DNA of 64,000 bases from Macrostomum hystrix (lineage: Eukaryota > Animalia > Platyhelminthes), in assembly GCA_950097015.1 (NCBI GenBank), contig CATNEN010000038.1, positions 3,906,001 through 3,970,000 on the forward strand, given 5' to 3'. Below, piece by piece: positions 26,056 to 38,922 of the stretch (position 1 is the first letter of the stretch; the number at the start of each line of letters is the position of its first letter). The notes under the pieces were generated by a model that had not been told where the DNA came from, searched no databases, and saw nothing but the letters and a program-made list of their open reading frames with translations. Both the position numbers and the translations under genes were made by a program.

Positions 26056-29000
26056 GCTGTTATTTACAGCTTAACATTTCGATTATCTCTGCTGAATGGA
26101 GTTTTAATTGCAAAGGTAATAAGTGATCATAGAATCTAAGTATAGGCTCAGTCTAGCTCTATCTTGAGTCTATCTTTTAAGTTCATGCTTTTTAGTGCTT
26201 TATCCTATTGTGCATTATGCCTGTGCTGAGGTACTGTGTTTGAGGTTGGGTTAACTTAGCTAAGACCCTAAAATTCAGTTTAAAATATTTCGTCTTCTAA
26301 TGGATTTTCTGAGTGGCTGAGTAGTAAATCAAAGTGAAACGTGAGTCGACGTTCAGTTGCAGATTTTTTGCTGGCAACGCGGTGCTCTTTTTTCCTCAGA
26401 GCAAAAGCAGACCTCCTTCGCTTTGGTTTTGAGACTCAGATTCCCAGGTGCGTTCCTTTCGCTGCTTTAAATTTATTGCCTCCAAAATCATTATTGGCTA
26501 TGGTGCCATTATCACTGTTATTTGTTACTAATCTTTCTAATACTCATTTTGTTTTGAGCACAATTCCACAATTTAAATAAAGTGTACCGAGCTTTTAGGA
26601 CTGAAAAAGTTTCATTTTTGTCAAATAATACGTCCTGCCTTATTCAGACTGTCTTGTCAATGATTCATATTTCTTTTCTAGCTTTTTTTCTTAACTTAAT
26701 TAGAAGAGGCTGCGTAAGAGAGGAAGTTGGCTGCATGCGATTGCACTGAATGAGGCTTAGCTGTAGTACATTCGTGCCTCCCCTGGCCCTGACTTTTCAA
26801 TGTGTGAATTTCACGCCGAGAACCGTCTGGAGAGGAGCACGGCAGCTGTGTTATGAACTGTGAGAAGGGGGAATGCAAAGACAGCCGAGAGTTTCTATAT
26901 TTCTACCCATTAACAAATAGTGAGAAAAGTGTCAGGCAAAATGTCTCCGCCCAAAATTCTAGTTGATGCTGGCAAGGAATTGCAGTGAACGCTGGCAGGT
27001 AGAAAACTACTTTTTGGGAGTTTCTCGGATGCACTTGAAAAAATATTTTAATGCGTAAGTGCGTCTGGGTAAGAAAACGTACCTTGATACATTGAGGCAC
27101 TTAACCACGGCAGGAAGTGTAGCAGAACTCAGCAAAGTGCGCGTAGCGTGGCTACACAACTAAGCCGTGGTTTAGTCACATTGCTACTCTGTACATGCAT
27201 CAATGCCGTCCTTAAGGTTTTCTTCTTTTCTTATCGTCTTGTCTATGGTAGTTTCAGTGCCGCTACGGGGGTTTGGGGGGCCCCACATATGCCAGCTAAA
27301 ATTAAATTTTTAGAAAAAGTGTATATATAAATATATTGATGTCTGTTATGAACTAAAGGTTCCGTGACTGTTACATTTTTACCAGACTACCATGTCCTAC
27401 GAAACATTGCTAAATGAATAAGAAAGTTAAGGAAAGGAGAAAGGTCTTCTTTAGTGGACTGACAAACTGTAAAATGACTACGACCCGGCTTCTTCATTGG
27501 GACGCGTTACGGACTTACTGGTGCCGAGATCGTGAAGTCCATCGATGATTTCCACTTGGAGAAAGTTGCTGAAGCACTAATTTCTCTCGAGAATGTTGAT
27601 AAATTGTTTGCATTGGATCAGGAGTGTTGCGTTGCCAGTTCTGAAAAGTGCGTTACACTGGCCATTGTGTCAGATCGACAGTCATTGCCGACTTGTTTTA
27701 TTTTTCAAATGGCTCGGTGCACTTAGATTAATTGTTTTTGTTACCCTAGAGGGACTTTTTAGGCTAATTAGTTATTTAACAATGAAGAACTTTATTCATG
27801 TGTGTTGACTGATCGTTGATCGTAATTATGATGTTTACATAATCTGTACCGAATGAAACATTATTTGACAGTCGAAATTAGGAATTAGGAAATTAGGAAA
27901 TTAAACAAAATAATACGGCTCGTACAATTTGTTTATTTCAAATATTTGTTTCTTTTCAAAACAAATATTTTTTATACTTATTTTTTCACCTAAAATTAAT
28001 ATTTTGCATGCTGCTGTTTTTCTATCGCCTTCTTTTTAAAAAATCGAATTGTTCAGCCTCAAACATAAAATAAACAAGAAAATCAGCACCCAATCGGCGT
28101 GCGCACCTCAATAAAAAAAATGATATAAAAGCCATGGCTCCGCTAATGTCTGTACATTATAAGCTACGCTAATTAACTGCCTGAGGGTCGTTCGCTAAAT
28201 TCAAGCTGATGAAAAGTATTGTGTGTTGATCAGGCACGCAAAACTCCAACTTCCAGACAATAGGGAACAATTGCCTAGGAATTTATAGCAGTCACGTGAC
28301 ACTTACTGCACTTGCTTCTGCTTCCTTGGTAGTGAGTAGTTCCTAGTCTTCTGGGTCCTTGTAATCCAGCGGTTCTTCTTCTCCTTGTTCCGGTCGACCG
28401 TGAAGTTTCGGGTCTGTTGCTTTTTGAGTCTTTGTAGTCTTCTTGTCTTCTTTGTCTTCCTGGCAGCTGCTAGTCGATCCTGTCTGTTGCGCTTGAATTT
28501 TTTCTGTTTGGCCAATAAAGGACGAGAGCGAATCAGATTACTTGTCGGTTTCCTCGAGCTCGGAATTCACAATAGAAACGTGCGCCCTAGTGAACAATTG
28601 AAATCTCTCTTGTGTCTCTCTAATAGGTCCTCCTGAAGGGCGTCTTCTTCGTTACCTCCGAATGATAACGGATAACTCAAATCAATCAATCAATAATCCT
28701 CTAGAAGTTTATCCAAGGAAACAAGGAGGCCTTTCTCAAATGTATCGTCGATATGTGGCTCTCGTAAACTTAGTTCACTTCAACAGCGATTGCTAGCAAT
28801 AAATAACTGTCTAGTAAAGCGCTTACCACTTGTCTTTCCCTCAGTACGTATGGGTCCTCTTCTTCGTAAGATGTTTTGAAGTCCGTTGGACCGCTCCGAG
28901 TCTGAATTTCAGCTTCAGCTCCGAGTCTGAAGATTTCGCGCATAAGTCAGCCGCGCTCCTCGGTACAGGCTATACTTGCTGTGACGGCATGTATTGCACG

Positions 29001-30345
29001 GAGGGTTGTATGTAAATGACAGGATATAGCAGTAGGTCTTGGTAGGAAGCAGAACAGAAATGCCAGGATCGTATTAGAAGTATTATAGACACTGAAGTAT
29101 TACAAGAGAGTTCACAGGAAGTTTCTAGAAACTTTTCAATACAGCACCGAGCGTAATCGCGGATTTGGTAAGTAGGAAAGCAGCTTTCATGCTTCCTTCC
29201 GTGTCTGTTATCACAACATCGAGGCTGCGTGAAAATTGTCCGTCTAATAAATTTTGAGGCTGACAGCAAAGGTATTTTAATCCTGAAATTGATGTGGCTA
29301 AGGCAAAAGTATTAACTGAAAACATACGCATGAACGTATATATGAGTGCATAGATATTACCTATATCAGCTTTATTTTCTTCCTAGTTTCAAACGTGATT
29401 TTTTATGAAACGCCTAACGTCGCCCTCTGATAATTTCCATTAACGCCCTTAAAGCATGGGTATTAATGGTACGAGTGTATATTGAACATAGACTGCACGC
29501 GTGATTAAAATGTTTGTCATTTTAGAGACCAAGTTAAACGGCCAAGTTTCATACTTAGAAGAGTCCGCATGCGCTAACCGTCACTTTATGCATTCAATTC
29601 AATTGCAATGAGAATTGTGATAAATATTTATATATAAACATATATAGTAATATATATATTAGAAGGACCACTAAATTTTATGGACAGGCTTATGAAGCTG
29701 AACTGTGCGAGACTGTCATGAGCGTAGGAGTGAGACTCACACCTGTGATATAAATATTATAGTATTATACTTTAACTAATGAATATAAGTACACATTCAT
29801 TTGAGGCGACTCTAAAGCCGAGTCGGTCGTATCTGCTTGTCCATTTTTCTTTGATGCATTAAACCATACTTTGAATTTGCTTGGGAAGTCAGGAAGACAA
29901 TGATGAGATTTTGCCAAATCGATCGTTGGGACAGTTCGGCTGGGCCTGACCAGCAATCTAAAGAATGCAGGGGAGAGAAAATCAAATTTAAGATCGAGAC
30001 AGACACTTTGATTTTTCAAGACAGCTCGGTGCTGCCATTGTGTCTGTGCTATGGGGAATCATACATGATTATTGGGAATCCATTGCTTCTCCTGCTCAAA
30101 GGATGCTACATGCCAGTCAGATTCAAATAATTGGCCCTGGCCAGTCATAACTGTCTGGGGCGCGGGTCAGTTCCGAAGAACTCTGCCGCTGAAAGTATTT
30201 TACATTTTCCTATGTATCCTTTTATATTTAAAAAAAATATATGTGCAGATTTTCGAATTTGATTGTTAAATCTAAGTGCAGCTGCGCTAAGTGCAGCGCA
30301 CGAGTGCCATAGACTATTTACGCACTAGGAAGCCTAGCATAAGTG

Positions 30346-30858
30346 CATTGATTTATGACCAAGTGTGTGTGCGCAAGACCAGCTCCTTCGGCCCATAGAC
30401 AATACCCGTCTGGGATTTACTGCATAGTAGCTCAGAAGAGGGATGGCACGGAGATCAAGTGGGGCATCATTTATTCCCCAGTTGGATTGGCCCATAGACC
30501 AGATAAATTTATTTATTTGGCCGTTGAAATTTATCTGGCCGGGACAGATAAACATTTATCTGGTCCGGTGACAATTATCTGGCTTCAACTGTGGAATAAA
30601 TACATTATCACCCACTTGTTTGACTTATCTATGGCCGAAAACGTCTTCGGACATCGTTTCTTGAACGATGTCGTTTCTTGGACAATAAACGAGTCCTCAG
30701 CCGTTCCCGGCCAAAATAAATAAAAAATTGGGTGATAACTTATACTTACCGCACAGTTGCGGAATTTACTGCACACTTCAATCTATTTCTTTGATGGCCT
30801 TTGGGCCATAAACTATACACGAGCTTGAGACGTTTACGCACACTTGGTTATATGTCAA
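30346..30858. mobile_element. Possible MITE with imperfect TIRs
   Basis: The left end ATTGATTTATGACCAAGTGTG...AGCTC resembles the reverse complement of the right end ATTGACATATAACCAAGTGTGCG...AGCTC. Confidence 0.35.
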
Positions 30859-30879
30859 TATAATGTGAATATGTCAATT

Positions 30880-33800
30880 ATTATAATATTATTATAATAA
30901 TTTGGGCATGCACTGGGGCGACATCGGCTAAGCAACAGTCCACTGCTCACCCGTCCTTTTAAGCTCAGGCAGCTATTTGACTTTTCATTTAGTTTACTTT
31001 CAGGGCCATGGGCCTCAGAGACTGCTCAGCCCTGGATTTTGGAGTGGGTTCTGCCCACTCCAAACTGTCCACTTCTTGCCCACTGCCCACTGCCCACTTC
31101 TTGATTTTTTTACTTTTACTTTTACTTTTTACTTTTGTATTTTCTGTAATCGGCATTGTGCTGACGTACATGTACAGAAGAAAACTCAAGATGCCTCCCT
31201 GAGGTAAGCCAGCTAGGATTCTGATCAACTCACTGAGCGAGTTGTTCACTCGCACCTGGATGTACCTGTTCCTGAGGTAGTCGGACAGGATACGCTGCAG
31301 CATTGATGGAAAGCCAAGAAGACGTCAGCAGCCCTCTTTGCCTTGCACTTTGCGACCATCATGTCCTGCACCAGTCGGCACAGGTTGTCGTATGTAGAGG
31401 GGACTTTGCGGTAGGCGCGTTGGTAATCACCTAGAAGCTTTTTATCCTCAAGGAATTCGGAGAGATTCTTGGCGATCAGCTTCTCAAACACCTTGCCTAG
31501 GCAAGAGGTCAGGCTGATCGGCCTGTACGAGTTTGGATTGTCCGGCGGTTTGTTAGGTTTGGAGATCATTCTCACTACAGCTTTCTTCCAAGCGCTGGGA
31601 AATATCCCTTGACTGAAGCAGGCGTTAAAGAGTTTGGTGATCCTTGTGATCGCCACGCCTTCAAGGCCGAGTTTGAGCACTCGATTGGGAATCTTGTCCA
31701 ACCGAGGTGCTCCATCGGGCTTGAGGTGCTCAAGCTCCCACACTGTGTCAGCCACAGTGAATGCGGCTTCAAGCGGGTGAGTTGCGATGCAATCGATATC
31801 GGCCGGGATCGGATAGAAGGTTGAGATCTGGGCCAGTTCGGCCACCTCTTGTTTGAGCTGGTCGCAAGTGGATGGAACTAGGCGCATCTTTGAGTCCAGA
31901 GTGGCCGCGAGAAGGTTCGCTTTCTCCAAATCAGTGTGCGCACTGGTTTGACCCAAAGTGAGGGTTGGGATGGGCTTGAACTTGCCCGACAGCTTCCTGG
32001 TGTCATGCCAGAAGTTCTTTACCTAGCTGTTTTTGCTGCTTTCAACAATGTTCTCACACAGTTTGGTGAGCTTGTAGCTCTGAAAGGAACTAATTTCCCT
32101 TTTGATCCTGTTGGCCATTTGGTTGGCCAAACTTTTAAAGTTTAATCGCAGGGGCTGTTGATGAGGCGTCTGAGTCGTCGGCGCTCTTTGATCAGCTCGA
32201 GAATGTGCTTGGGCAGAGAATTTCGGCCACCGCAGTCTGGCACGGTCGACTCAATCACCTTGTGGATGGCCTTTGTGATGAGCTCGAACTCAGCGTCGAT
32301 TTGCTGAGGAAGAAGCAAATCGGGAAGCTTCAGGAGGAAGGGCTTCATTGATTCTTAGCCTGAACTGGTCCCAGTTGGTTTTGTAAAAGTTTTCGGCTTC
32401 GCGGGACCAGCCCACTTTGCCGACTCAATGTTTAGAGTGAGGATGATTGGCAGTTGGTCGCTGTCCAGGTCAGGACCGACTGCAAAGTCCTGCACAAAGG
32501 GCAGAAAGTCCTCCATGGCCAGGCCGAGGTTCAAGACATTCCTGTAAATGGCGCCGTTCTTGGTGGCGATTCTGGTGAACTGGCCAACTTGGTTGAGGAT
32601 GGTCGTCGAGGACGGACCTTCAGAGAGCCATTCGTACAGCTCATGGCCAGCCCTATTGCTGCTGCTGTCACCGTCAAGGAAGCGGTGTCTAGCATTGAGG
32701 TCGCCAAGGAGGACACTGCGTCTGCGCGAGACCAGGCTCTTGAGCGGGTTCAGGTTCAGGTGATAAGGTGCCGGAGACCTGTACACCAGAGCCAGATTAA
32801 AGTCGGCACCGTGGAAGATGCCAGACAAGCTGACGGTGCAAGAGATGGCTTCATGGTTCACGTTGTCTTGTGCAAGCAAACATTTGTGAGTTTGATGCCT
32901 GGTGAGTGAGCAAGGAGCAGGCAGCGTCTGACATGCGGAGTGTCGTACCGGATGATGGAGTAGCCAGGAACCTGGACAGTGTGCGAACTCTTAAGAATGG
33001 TTTCAGAGAAGAGAGCAATGTCAATCTCTTGACTAATGACCCATTGGGTGAAATCTCTGCCCTTGGGGTGAAACCCTGTGCAGTTAAGGTGCATGATTTT
33101 CAATCCCGAGGTCTGGGTTGTTGTTGGGCCACAGCTCAAGTTACTGGATTTTCTGTTTCCTTAGTTTTAGCTGCCTGAGCCTACGACCCCAGTCGCGGTT
33201 GAGGCCATGCCAGACACGTCCTCGAGGACAGCCCGCCAAATGTCCTCGATCATTTTACTGGACGATTCCACTGTGAGGAGCTCACCAGGCGGGCTGAACA
33301 GGGCCCGCACAATCACTTGGGTCAGAGAGCGGGTTATAAGGGGCAATATCATGCTCAACCATAGCTTTTAAGTCCATCTGCGCGGCTGGCACCTGATGCT
33401 GCAGCCGCTTCTGACAATTACCACCCATCAGAATCAACGACCCTTGCAGGGTTTGAAAGCGGTGGACATCATACATTGCTGTCACGCCTTCGGAGCATGA
33501 AAATTCGTTCGGCACCGAAGGACACCGTTGCGATAGTCACCAAGCTCTTCCTCATCATCCCCATGCCACGGAATCCGGTCTTCAGGCTCGGTATAGAAGT
33601 TCAACAGAACGGAGTTGAACTTTGGGACCTCGAGCCGGGCATCGTCGTAAAGGGAGTCAGGAATGTCTTTGATTACGGGATGCCAGGTTTAATTCTCCTT
33701 CAGGTCAACCCCGCTGTAGGTATACGCCGGACCGATCCAGAAGACTCGGCGTTGCAGGTGCGGGCGATGACGGAAGGCGAGTGGGAGCAGGTCAGCCTTA

Positions 33801-34517
33801 GGCGCTGGTAGATTCGGTCGGCGACGTCGCCAAGGAAGGAAGGCTCGTAGATGACCATGCTGTCGCCAGCTTAGGTCATCTGCTGGCACTCGGACATGTC
33901 GGGCTCGTCGGGGAACACAATCTGCGTCAGATCTGCGTCCGACGTCTCGTCAGCAGGCTTCGGGACTGGCGACTCATTGCCAGCAACTCATGCTCATGGT
34001 CATGCTCGACTGGGTGGCTGTTGGCGCTGGTGCAGATGCAGCCACAGCCGTTGCAGCTTCGGTGTTGGCTGCCTTGGTGTCATCGACAGACATCCTTTTC
34101 GGCCGTCCCGCTGGCGCTAGCGTCTTCTAAAATCACAAGCCGACCGTCAGGCGGGCTGAGCGAACCGCGGTCTTGGGCGCTTCTTGCCGGGCCTGAGATC
34201 TCACTGACCGGCTTTGGAGTATACATCAGAGTTGTCGTCGTGGGATTCAGCTGCTGTCCAAGATGCTTGCGACCGCAGTCTTCGGTGTGATCATACCGGT
34301 GCTCTAGTGAGGGTCGGCTGTCGTGCTTTTTTGCACTGGCGCGATTGCCAGACATGTTGTGATTAGTGGGGTGGGTAAACAAAAAACAAGGAGGAGATAC
34401 ACACAAAGTGCGCACTCAAGGGAGGGTGTCGGTGGGGTGGGGACTGCTAAGCTGGACAAGAATTAGGGAGAGACTACGAGAATAAAACTAAGACCAGGCA
34501 GGATGCAAAATAGACTG
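30880..34517 (-). mobile_element. Decayed non-LTR retrotransposon (APE + RT, Jockey/I-group-like) with a degenerate ORF1 and an internal RT deletion
   Basis: APE motifs LKIMHLNCTG, IALFSET, VLLGDLNARH and SDQLPI. RT motifs SYRPISLTSCLGKVFEK and GLPQGGILS. Many frameshifts and no YADD. The 3' region has a 10-bp hairpin TTGGAGTGGG/CCCACTCCAA and a TAA-rich tail. The putative 5' end is CAGTC at 34517. Confidence 0.88.
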
Positions 34518-34545
34518 GAGGGAGCTTGTGGTGGACTTTAAAAGT

Positions 34546-34663
34546 ACTCCCTTCTAGGAATGGGATTGCACAAATCAAGGAACACTCAATGAATATACCT
34601 CTCCACGGAAATCTTTAGTAAAAGGCGAAAGATTTGAGCGTGAAATGAAGAGAAACCAGCTAT
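34546..34663 (-). ncRNA. RNU5: U5 spliceosomal snRNA (gene or recent copy), about 118 nt
   Basis: The minus strand reads ATAGCTGGTTTCTCTTCA...AAATCTTTCGCCTTTTACTAAAGATTTCCGTGGAGAGG, which contains the invariant loop-1 GCCUUUUAC (34618-34626) in the conserved stem. An Sm-like GAUUUGUG and a 3' stem-loop follow. Confidence 0.92.
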
Positions 34664-36613
34664 TTAATGACGCAAATCACACCAGCAACGATATTATCAC
34701 ATGCGGTTCGCTAGCCATACTGGTAACGAAGTTAACTCAGAAATATTAAGCATTGTGAGCACTTCAAGTGGAGAAAGCGCGGGCGGAACTCACTCACTGA
34801 GATTTTTTTCCTTAAACCTTCTTCTGAGCATGGAAGCCATCAGTGTTCAGCCGACTTATTGAATGCTTTTGCCAGTATTAAGGAGCAAGGTCTGACATCC
34901 ATTCAAGCCGGAGGGCAAAGTTGGCTTGTTAAGTAAGACGTCAATCTTGTTGGCTTGTTCAATTGGTTTGTTCAGTACGACGACGTACTAATGATGAGCG
35001 CGAAAGTAACGCCTAGCAGCTTCCTCAATCCTAATGAAGTCCTTCCGGCAAGATTCTCTATTTTGCTTTTGTGCCTAACCCAACTCAACCAAAAGCCCAT
35101 TGCTCTCGTTCTCCCTTTTTTCATCCACTTAAGAGGCCGCTCGCAGTTAAAAAGTATATTTTAAAACTCTTTAAAATCTAAGCTAGACAATCACTAGATG
35201 ATATCACGCTCTCGCGCTGTAATATCCTTCACACAAATAAGTCACATGCGAGTAATCGAGCCTCAATGTGCTTTTATTAATGAGGTTGTGGCGGTCACGC
35301 CACACGCCCGTGAACGCTCCGGCAGCCACCCCAGCTCCGGCCAGGAGGGCTGGCGCTATGTGCATAAACGCTGTGCGTTGACTGGCTGCCCAGTGTACAC
35401 CGCTGGCCTATATAACTAAGACCTTTATCTCGTGCGCATTGTCCTTCTGCTGCCAAATAAACTTTACGTGGCTTCACTCGCCACCAGGTAATGACGCAAT
35501 TTCTTCATCTGGGATGATCATAAAATCTGCTTAATAAAAGTCTTTCGTTGCTAACGGAGTCCCAGTGTCAGGTCTCCACCTACTGTGAAACGCTAATCAA
35601 TTTCAAATCTCCCATCAGCTGTAAAAGTGCACCCCGCGAAGTAGCTGCTCCTCTGGCCAATTTACTGCTAATTTTCAACGCCTTAGTGAGCTTTATAAAA
35701 ATGTAAATGTTCTTCTCAGCTGTTGCAGCGGCACAACAGCTTTCTGCTTCTGGGTTCTACGCTAGTAAGCATTCCGTAGCAAAAAATATTAATCACATTT
35801 GATATTCCAATCAAGGAATGTTGACACGTGATGATGGCGCCTTAAACAATGGCTGTGAAAAACTAAATCTTGAAATCGTTTTTCATGTGGACGTAATATA
35901 CCTACTTCGTCATAATGCATTTGTCGTGTCCATTTGGTGGCCTGCCTACGTATAATAAATAGCTCAACTTTTCATCCCTATAGATTTTTACCTTCAGTTA
36001 AAATTTCTCCCTGCTTTAGCGCAAAAATATGCGGCTTATTTTAATTCGTACTCTGGACGGTACCTATGCTACCTGTCGGCAAGAAGGAACAGTGAAGGAC
36101 CAGGAACACAAGGAAAAGTAGGAACAAGAAACAAGGAAAAAAGGAATAGTTCCTTCCCTCTAAAGGAACAGGGAAGAACTTTTTGCTTAATTAAAAAGCA
36201 GCTGAATTTCCGATTAGCTGACCTGAATTTTATTTTGAGCAGAAAAGAGCTTCCGCCATAGATATATTTTTTCCAAGAAATTTCGACCAGAGAATGGATT
36301 AGTTTGTTTAAATCAAGCCATTGTCAGGAACTAGCTCTTGCAGCTTACTAAAAAACTACCAAATTTGGTGCGCGTACAATTCGCCTGTGCAGACACTAAA
36401 CCCCATCCTTATTCCCTCTCCCTTGGCGCTAAATGGCCGGACGAGACACAGCAAATCCCGACTGTTCTGCCCGGCCCGGAGGTGCAGAGGTGCCGATTCA
36501 GCTCAGACGGCCAGACACCCTGCATAAAAGCAAGCCTACAAAAACAGACCGGCTGGTTTAATCCTTCTAGTGAAAAAAGCGTTTATTGGAAAGCAGCAAT
36601 TCCCCGTGAAGCC

Positions 36614-38218
36614 ATGCTAACTGGAGACTGTCAGGTCGCTTTTAAGAACTCGAGCTGGCCGCTCAATAAGACTCTGTACACAACAAACCGGATTCAGGCC
36701 GCGGACCTGGCATTCAATGCTGTATGCATCACCGTTGGTTTGATGGGCCTATTATTAAACAGCCTCTCTCTGATTGTGTTCGCGAAGGTGTTTTGTAAAT
36801 CAAGCAAGCGGAACAATTTTCACCTGTTTTTCCTTCTGCTCAGCTTTTGCGAGATTACCTTCTGTCTGGGCAGTGCGTTAAGCTACTCTATTCACATTGT
36901 CGGGGTCGGGTCGGCCTACGTTTGGAGCGGCATAGACCCCAGCACAGGCGAACAAGTTAAAATAGGCTTTCACTTCTCCGTGAATCTTCCCAGCAGCAGC
37001 AGCGACGCAGCCGTGGCGCTGTTCGCCGGGGTGTCTAGCGTATCGATCTACCTGGCAGTACTGTCGCAGTTCTCTCGCAACTGCTGGGTTGGCATCACTG
37101 CACTCTTGCGCTGCTACATAGCTACCAGGCGGACTAATGTTCAGGTGAGTAATGGACTAGAACTACAAACGATAAAGGATTGTATATCAGTTATACAAAC
37201 CCTTTCTGTCTACTCTATAATCTTCAGTTGAAAATTTTACTAACCAGTTTTTAATACAGAAAAAATATGATATCGCACAGTTTTTGCGTGTACTTTAAAA
37301 AGACCACTCCATGGCTTACAGCTATTTCTATTTGGGCTCGTTGACTTCAGTCAACGAAAATTGAGTCAAGGTCTGCCTTCTCATCTAAGGAAGTAATTAT
37401 TCGCCCGTTCTCATCGAGAATAATTGTACGCTTCTCGGAGTGCACAGCAGCTCGCATGCGCATGAGCCTACTAATTTAAATTCCTACATCTTGCATGCAT
37501 TCATTCACAGGTGAACAAGATCTACGCTACTAGGCGAATACTGCTACTGTTCTTTGTGAAGATATTTCTAATTATTGGTCTCGCACTTGTGCGAGCCTAT
37601 CTGAAGGACCCATACAGCTTCATGCGCATGGAGACCTACACCTGCAACACAACCGACTGGGACACAAATTATCGCGTGGTGCTGCACATGGCCTCCCGCA
37701 AACCGTCTTATTGGCACCACGTAGACATGTGCTGGAATATACTAGCTCAGTTTATTCCCTTGGTGGTTATCATCGCCAGCTCGGTCATCCTTGTTTTCTC
37801 ATTGCGCAATGGCGCTGGAGTCGGCAGCAGCAGCGCCGAGAGGAACAAGCGCGTCACACGCATGGTAATCATCTTTGCCATCACCTTCGCGGTGCTCGAG
37901 GGCCCGCGGGCTATTGCTTACACTTTGCCGAGGAGCGTCATGAAGACTAGCCTGCCACAGATCACCTACCTGCTGTCACAGGCCGACTCTATCGTGAATG
38001 TCTTCATCTACTTCTTCAACGATCAGCACTTCCGCAAGGCGCTTTGCGGTGAGCCACGGGTGGATCGATCGCGTCAGCAACAGTCACAGCAGCAGCAACA
38101 GCGGCAGCAGCGCGGCTACTCGTGTAACGTCTGCGAGGAGGTTAACATGATTCCGGTCAAGGATGAACGACAGGGGCCAGACGACCAGCCGAAGGAGCTC
38201 GAAAGAATTGAGGATTAG
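36614..38218 (+). CDS. Divergent rhodopsin-family (class A) orphan GPCR, peptide-receptor-like, about 412 aa. Exons 36614-37144 and 37511-38218.
   Basis: N-terminal NSS and NKT sequons. TM1 GLMGLLLNSLSLIVF, DRY equivalent LRC, TM5 FIPLVVII, TM6 FAVLEGP, TM7 DSIVNVFIY. Phase-0 GT-AG intron at 37145-37510. Confidence 0.85.
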
Positions 38219-38922
38219 TTTGCTTGCTTACGCAAACAAGACCGATAGAGTCTGTTTTAGTCTTGTGAGCTAGCACAGCTGTACATAATGCATGAAGTTA
38301 AAAAAACTGCTTTGCTGTCATTCTTAACTGCCAGGCTTGAGCAAACTTTCTCCCACTCTCCGTTAAACATTTTTCTTCAACTTTTTTTCTTCACTGCTTG
38401 ATGACAAGCAACTCAGAGAAGAAACGATGCACTGGTAAAAATTCGAGTTTTTTTTTAAATCCAACCACTCCAAATATGTCTTGAATTTCAGTTGTGCCTG
38501 TCAACAGAACTTTGTGAAAGAAATTTAATCCTTTAACGAGTGAAGTCTAGAAAAATTATTTGCTACAAAAGAAAAAAAATGTTTATTCCTAACTTCCCCT
38601 GCAGCTGCAGCTGTACTTAAAGTAAAAACAGAAGGAGGAAAAGTGCGCTCCGAAGAGCTACTTGCCTGTTTATATACTGCATGCTGTATGCCTACAAACT
38701 TCCCCATGGTAAACACAAAAACGCTGTGACTGATTATAGATTTCTTAACGTGTGAATCAACAAGCTGATTGGACCAGTGGGCTTATTGCCTTGTGCTTTT
38801 GAAAAAAGTAGAAACATATTTCTTTTAGTGTAGAATGCAGTGTGACCTGCATGCTGCAGTTGTAATGCTCTTATTAAGCTAATGGAGCAGAGAAAGAAAA
38901 GCACTAGCAGATCTAGCTTGAC

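Noticed and set aside
29900-30130. TIMP/NTR-like fragment (LCLCYGESYMIIG)
   Set aside because: The similarity is too short and no supporting exons were found.
36338-36613. N-terminal extension of the GPCR ORF
   Set aside because: It starts at a non-ATG codon. The first ATG at 36614 gives a typical short glycosylated N-terminus, although an upstream exon cannot be excluded.
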